The notes beneath the pieces were generated by a model. The model made no database searches. It worked only from the letters and a program-made list of their open reading frames with translations, and had not been told where the DNA came from. Positions 39,547 to 43,091 of a stretch of DNA of 43,091 bases are shown one piece after another (position 1 is the stretch's first letter; the number at the start of each line of letters is the position of its first letter). Origin of the DNA: an uncultured bacterium (GTDB lineage Bacteria > Omnitrophota > Omnitrophia > Omnitrophales > Aquincolibacteriaceae); NCBI GenBank assembly GCA_964541285.1, contig CAZIQJ010000002.1:1-43091 (forward strand). Reading direction: 5' to 3'. Position numbers and translations under genes: made by a program.

Positions 39547-40621
39547 CAATCTCCTCGAAACTGTTATAGAAATGAGGGGCAATGCGGATGGCGCCGCCCC
39601 TTACGGAGAGGTAAATTCCCTCTGATACAAGTTTACGGCGCAAACCTTCCGGATCTTTCGTCTTGAAAATAACAATACCGCCGCGCTGATGCCGTGCCCG
39701 GGGCGTCAGGATCTCAAGACCCGCCTTGTCCAGGCCTTTCATGGCATACTCGGTCAGATCCAGAATCCGCTCCTCGATCTTTTCCGCGCCGATGGAGTTG
39801 AAATAATCAATGGCCGCGCCCACCGCGAAAATCGCGGGAAAATCCGGGCAGCCGTACTCATAACGCATGGCGGCCGGATTAAGATCCAGTTTGCGGTTGT
39901 TCATTTCTTCCGGGTCGTTCATGCTGCGCCAGCCCACAAAAGCAGGCTTGAATTTCTCCAGCCATTTTTTGCGCACATAGAAAACACCGCCGCCGTAACC
40001 GGCCAGCATCCACTTGTAGCTGTTGGCGCACATAAAATCCGCGTCCCACTTTTTGACGTCCATCTTCATGGCGCCAAACGCCTGAGTCGCGTTCACGACC
40101 AGAAACCGGCCGCCCTTTATCTTTCCGAGCGCTTCAAGGTCCTGACGGAATCCGGAGCCGTACTGGACATAGCTGGTCACGATCGTTTTAACAGAAGGCG
40201 TGAGAAGTTTCCGGGTGTCTTCCAGATCCAGCACTTCGCCGCGCGGCCGCTGCCAGACCACGGGCGTCTTTCGCCACAGCCAGGGCGCGGTGGAAGAAGG
40301 AAATTCGGGGGTATTGGTCAGGACCTTCCCTTTTTTCGCGATCAAATCCGCGGCAAGGTTGATGCCCTGGGAAGTGCTTGAAATAAAAGTGACTTCGGAA
40401 GGTTCCGCGTTGATGAAGCGCGCGACTTTTTCCCGGACCTCTTCACGCCTGCGGATCCAGCGCGGCCAGGCAAGGTCGGCCTCCTCGTAATGCTCTTTCC
40501 AGTATGCGGAGATTTTTTCGTGGACCGGGCGGGGCAGCGGGCCTCCGGACGCGTGGTCCAGATAAATGCAGCGTTTGGTGATGGGAAAATCTGAACGAAC
40601 CTGGGCCCACAAAGAGGGCAT
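39500..40621 (-). CDS. Class-V aminotransferase-fold PLP enzyme (cysteine desulfurase / selenocysteine lyase-like)
   Basis: Motifs seen: IYLDHASGGPLP N-terminus, the PLP-lysine context CANSYKWM, and C-terminal IRIAPHFYN, typical of the NifS/CsdA-like family. Confidence 0.8.
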   Translation of the reverse strand: MPSLWAQVRSDFPITKRCIYLDHASGGPLPRPVHEKISAYWKEHYEEADLAWPRWIRRREEVREKVARFINAEPSEVTFISSTSQGINLAADLIAKKGKVLTNTPEFPSSTAPWLWRKTPVVWQRPRGEVLDLEDTRKLLTPSVKTIVTSYVQYGSGFRQDLEALGKIKGGRFLVVNATQAFGAMKMDVKKWDADFMCANSYKWMLAGYGGGVFYVRKKWLEKFKPAFVGWRSMNDPEEMNNRKLDLNPAAMRYEYGCPDFPAIFAVGAAIDYFNSIGAEKIEERILDLTEYAMKGLDKAGLEILTPRARHQRGGIVIFKTKDPEGLRRKLVSEGIYLSVRGGAIRIAPHFYNSFEEIDAFLKKLGAWLKGRP

Positions 40622-40624
40622 GGT

Positions 40625-41767
40625 TTAATACCGCGCTACAGAAGGATCAATCTTGATCGACCAGTCGTCGATTCCGCCCGCGACGTTCTTGAGCTTTTTG
40701 AAACCTTTTGAGCGCAGGAACTCAAGGGCCCTCCGGCTGCGGCCTCCGTGATGGCAATGAGCCACGATTTCCTTTTCCTTGAAAGATTCCAGTTCCGCCA
40801 GATGATTTTCAATCTGCCCGAGAGGAATCAGCTTGGCTTTGGGAAGCTTGGCGATCTGATACTCGAACGGTTCTCGCACGTCGATAAAAACAAAATCTTC
40901 GCGGCCGTCGAGTTTCTTTTTAAGGTCTTCGACCGAAATTTCCTCCACGCCGGAAGGCGCGGCCGGACGGTTCAGTCCGCAAAAAACCTCATAATCAATA
41001 AGGCTGGTAACCGTGGGATTGGTGCCGCAGACCGGGCAAGCAGGGTCCTTGCGGAGTTTCAGCTCACGGAAAGTCATTTGAAGCGCGTCATAGACCATAA
41101 GCCGGCCCACCAGCGTGCGGCCGATGCCGGTCAAAATCTTGATAGCTTCCGTCGCCTGAATAGTGCCGATGACACCGGGTAAAACACCCAGCACACCGCC
41201 CTCAGCACAGCTCGGGACCATGCCCGGAGGAGGCGGTTCAGGATAAAGGCAGCGGTAGCACGGGCCGTCCGGCGGGTTGAAAACCGTGGCCAGTCCGTCA
41301 AAACGGTAAATCGAACCGTAAATATTGGGTTTCTTCAAAAACACGCAGGCATCATTGGTCAGATAGCGTGTTGGAAAATTGTCCGTGCCGTCAATGACCA
41401 CGTCATAATCCCTGATGACATCCAGAGCGTTCTGGGAATTCAGCCGGATCTTGTGCTTGATGACTTTTGTATCCGGGTTCATGGCCTTGATGCGGCGCTC
41501 CGCTGAATCAAGCTTGGGCTTTCCGATTTCATCCTGCGTGTGAATGATCTGACGCTGAAGGTTGGAGAGATCCACAATGTCAAAATCCACCAAACCCAGC
41601 GTTCCCACGCCCGCGGCGGCCAGATACAGACCGAGCGGAGAGCCAAGTCCCCCGGCGCCGATCAAAAGGACCTTGGACTTCAAAAGTTTCTTCTGCCCCG
41701 ATTCTCCGACTTCGGGGAGAATAAAGTGGCGGCTGTAGCGCATCAGCTGTTCAGGTGTCAGGTTCAT
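40625..41767 (-). CDS. moeB: E1-like adenylyltransferase with a C-terminal rhodanese domain (MoeB/MoeZ/ThiF family adenylyltransferase-sulfurtransferase)
   Basis: This lies inside track ORF 40625..41839. The ATG at 41767 gives MNLTPEQLMRYSRHFILPEVG. Motifs seen: nucleotide loop LLIGAGGLGS, zinc CxxC pairs (CYRC, CPVC), and rhodanese active site CHHGGRS. Confidence 0.85.
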   Translation of the reverse strand: MNLTPEQLMRYSRHFILPEVGESGQKKLLKSKVLLIGAGGLGSPLGLYLAAAGVGTLGLVDFDIVDLSNLQRQIIHTQDEIGKPKLDSAERRIKAMNPDTKVIKHKIRLNSQNALDVIRDYDVVIDGTDNFPTRYLTNDACVFLKKPNIYGSIYRFDGLATVFNPPDGPCYRCLYPEPPPPGMVPSCAEGGVLGVLPGVIGTIQATEAIKILTGIGRTLVGRLMVYDALQMTFRELKLRKDPACPVCGTNPTVTSLIDYEVFCGLNRPAAPSGVEEISVEDLKKKLDGREDFVFIDVREPFEYQIAKLPKAKLIPLGQIENHLAELESFKEKEIVAHCHHGGRSRRALEFLRSKGFKKLKNVAGGIDDWSIKIDPSVARY

Positions 41768-41777
41768 TTTTAATTCC

Positions 41778-42728
41778 CTAAAATTTTTTAAAAATTTCCT
41801 CGCGCTGGTAAATCTCGCGCAGGTGGTACGATTCTTCAATCCTCAGCTTCGGATCATTGGAAGCCAGAATATTTTCAGCGACCTGATCCACGGTCTTGGC
41901 CCCGGGGATCACCGTCGAAACCGTGTCGAAATCCAGAATGTATTCAAGCGCCGCGCGCGTCAGCGTCAAACGCTGCGTGGCCAGAATCGCGGTCAGCTTT
42001 GAAAGCTTGGTGTACTCCAGCTCCAGCTTTTCAAGGGTCCAGCGGTTCCTGTGGTCCGTCTTGGCGAACTTGTGGCCGGGCCGGTACTTGCCCGTCAAAA
42101 GCCCGCAAGCCAGCGGCTCGCGGACAATAATTCCGATTTTCTTGGCCTTGGCCATGGGAAAAACTTTTTCCGCCATCCGCTGGTCCACCAGGTTAAAAAT
42201 AACCTGGAGCGAATCCACGCGGGGATCCTCCATGGCCGCGAGCGCGTCTTCTTCCGTATGGACAGAAATCCCGATAAAGCGGATCTTGCCCTGCTTTTTC
42301 AAATCATCCAGAACGCCGACAATTTCACCCGCCTTGATTTTTTCAAGCGACGGATTATGCAGCTGGTAAAGGTCGATCTCATTCAGCTGCAGGCGCTTCA
42401 AACTTTGCTCGCAGGCAAACCGGAGATACTCCGGATCAAAATTCTTTTTGCTTCCGCCGTGATAAAAATCCCATCCGGCCTTGGAGGCTACGGAAAATTT
42501 ATCCCGCGGCTTGTCCTTGAAAAATTTCGCCAGAAGCTCTTCGCTGTGCCCGTGGCCGTAAGTGTCTGCGGTGTCGAAAAAAGTAACGCCGCCATTCCAT
42601 GCCGCTTTAAGCGCTTCCATGGACTGCGCATCATCCGTCGGCCCGTAGCTTGTTCCGCCGATGGCCCAGCATCCAAATCCGACTTCAGAAACCGGAATTC
42701 CGGTACGGCCGAGCGTGCGGTATTTCAT
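41778..42728 (-). CDS. Aldo/keto reductase family oxidoreductase
   Basis: Motifs seen: MKYRTLGRTGIPVSEVGFGCWAIGG, FFDTADTYGHGHSEELL, DLYQLHNP, IGISVH, and C-terminal VIPGAKTVDQ. Confidence 0.88.
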   Translation of the reverse strand: MKYRTLGRTGIPVSEVGFGCWAIGGTSYGPTDDAQSMEALKAAWNGGVTFFDTADTYGHGHSEELLAKFFKDKPRDKFSVASKAGWDFYHGGSKKNFDPEYLRFACEQSLKRLQLNEIDLYQLHNPSLEKIKAGEIVGVLDDLKKQGKIRFIGISVHTEEDALAAMEDPRVDSLQVIFNLVDQRMAEKVFPMAKAKKIGIIVREPLACGLLTGKYRPGHKFAKTDHRNRWTLEKLELEYTKLSKLTAILATQRLTLTRAALEYILDFDTVSTVIPGAKTVDQVAENILASNDPKLRIEESYHLREIYQREEIFKKF

Positions 42729-42750
42729 AAGAAAAAAAGCTCCGGTTGCG

Positions 42751-42787
42751 AGATAAAAAGCGGGCCCGGGAAAAACCCCGGGCCCAC
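42751..42787 (-). terminator. Rho-independent terminator after the LacD-family aldolase gene
   Basis: The minus strand reads GGGCCCGGG-GTTTTT-CCCGGGCCC, a perfect 9-bp GC stem, followed by GCTTTTTATCT. Confidence 0.75.
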
Positions 42788-42800
42788 GGATTGCTGAGTA

Positions 42801-43091
42801 TTAAACAGCCGCCGCGACAGCTTCAGGCTTGACGCCGTAAGCCGCGTACCAGGAAGTCGCGCTCTTTTCGAGCACTTTGTTCAGTGCCGTGATGTTCTTC
42901 ACTCCCTGGTCCTTCATCCACTCTTCGAAAGCTTTCGCGCCCTGCTTGGCGTAAACGGGAATACCGTTTTTCCAGGTCGCGCGGCCGCAAAGCACGCCGT
43001 TGTACTTGACGCCGGATTCGGCGGCAAGCTCAAGGCTTTCGCGGAACTCATCATCGCCCACGCCGGCGCTCAGATAAATGAACGGCTTGGT
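42801..43091 (-). CDS. Class I tagatose-1,6-bisphosphate aldolase family (LacD/YihT-like), C-terminal fragment (gene continues past the right edge)
   Basis: Translation from the window edge gives TKPFIYLSAGVGDDEFRESLELAAESGVKYNGVLCGRATWKNGIPVYAKQG...ITALNKVLEKSATSW. This parallels the LacD C-terminus (PFIYLSAGVS...FNGVLCGRATW...LNKVL...ATSW). The track's M at 43061 is an internal GTG. Confidence 0.75.
   Translation of the reverse strand, partial: TKPFIYLSAGVGDDEFRESLELAAESGVKYNGVLCGRATWKNGIPVYAKQGAKAFEEWMKDQGVKNITALNKVLEKSATSWYAAYGVKPEAVAAAV

Overview
This is 43.1 kb of moderately GC-rich bacterial chromosome. It is almost fully coding and almost entirely on the minus strand: about 55 protein genes plus one tRNA, with only the MFS transporter at 27331..28527 on the plus strand. 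Genes are tightly packed, with many 1-8 nt start/stop overlaps that suggest long polycistronic units. Most content is housekeeping:
- tRNA/RNA-related: queA (5' fragment), tRNA-Arg(CCG), TrmI, Era.
- Envelope and sugar: GT4 glycosyltransferase plus a six-hairpin glycosidase-like protein, SpoIID/LytB, a peptidoglycan-binding lipoprotein.
- DNA repair: AddB/AddA.
- Cofactor and redox: PTPS/QueD plus an SDR, glutaredoxin, IspH, ferredoxin, PanE, MoeB/MoeZ-rhodanese.
- Other enzymes: alpha/beta hydrolase, two HAD hydrolases, an O-methyltransferase, a CheY-like receiver, HtpX, a ThiI-like PP-loop enzyme, an amidinotransferase-fold enzyme, a class-V PLP enzyme, an aldo/keto reductase, and the 3' end of a LacD-family aldolase.

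I recognised no integrase, transposase, CRISPR array, R-M system or toxin-antitoxin pair. Eight things stand out:
1. A P-loop kinase fused to a dCMP deaminase (30355..31359), the same architecture as AvcD-type nucleotide-depletion defence enzymes.
2. The only long non-coding gap (11191..11790), where tRNA-Arg is embedded in copies of its own acceptor ends and several perfect hairpins.
3. An orphan GspI/J/K-like (PilV/W/X-like) pseudopilin trio. Its large member carries a periodic SGN-repeat domain.
4. An 808-aa fusion of an alkaline-phosphatase-type core, a membrane insertion and an EEP phosphoesterase.
5. A co-linear island of small stress-type membrane and hydrophilic proteins (DUF883, YqjE-like, entericidin, DUF1328, SHOCT lipoprotein, disordered proteins).
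6. Three genes in that island, plus a candidate mini-ORF beside ispH, fall below the ORF-track length cutoff.
7. A translationally coupled chain: ispH, a CxxCG mini-ORF, glutaredoxin, a small membrane protein.
8. Two predicted leaderless transcripts.

All family calls come from motif recognition by eye; no searches were run. The mix of a TIGR04073-type protein, long-form IspH, AddAB and pseudopilins is compatible with an uncultivated PVC/Omnitrophota-like lineage, but that is a weak inference.
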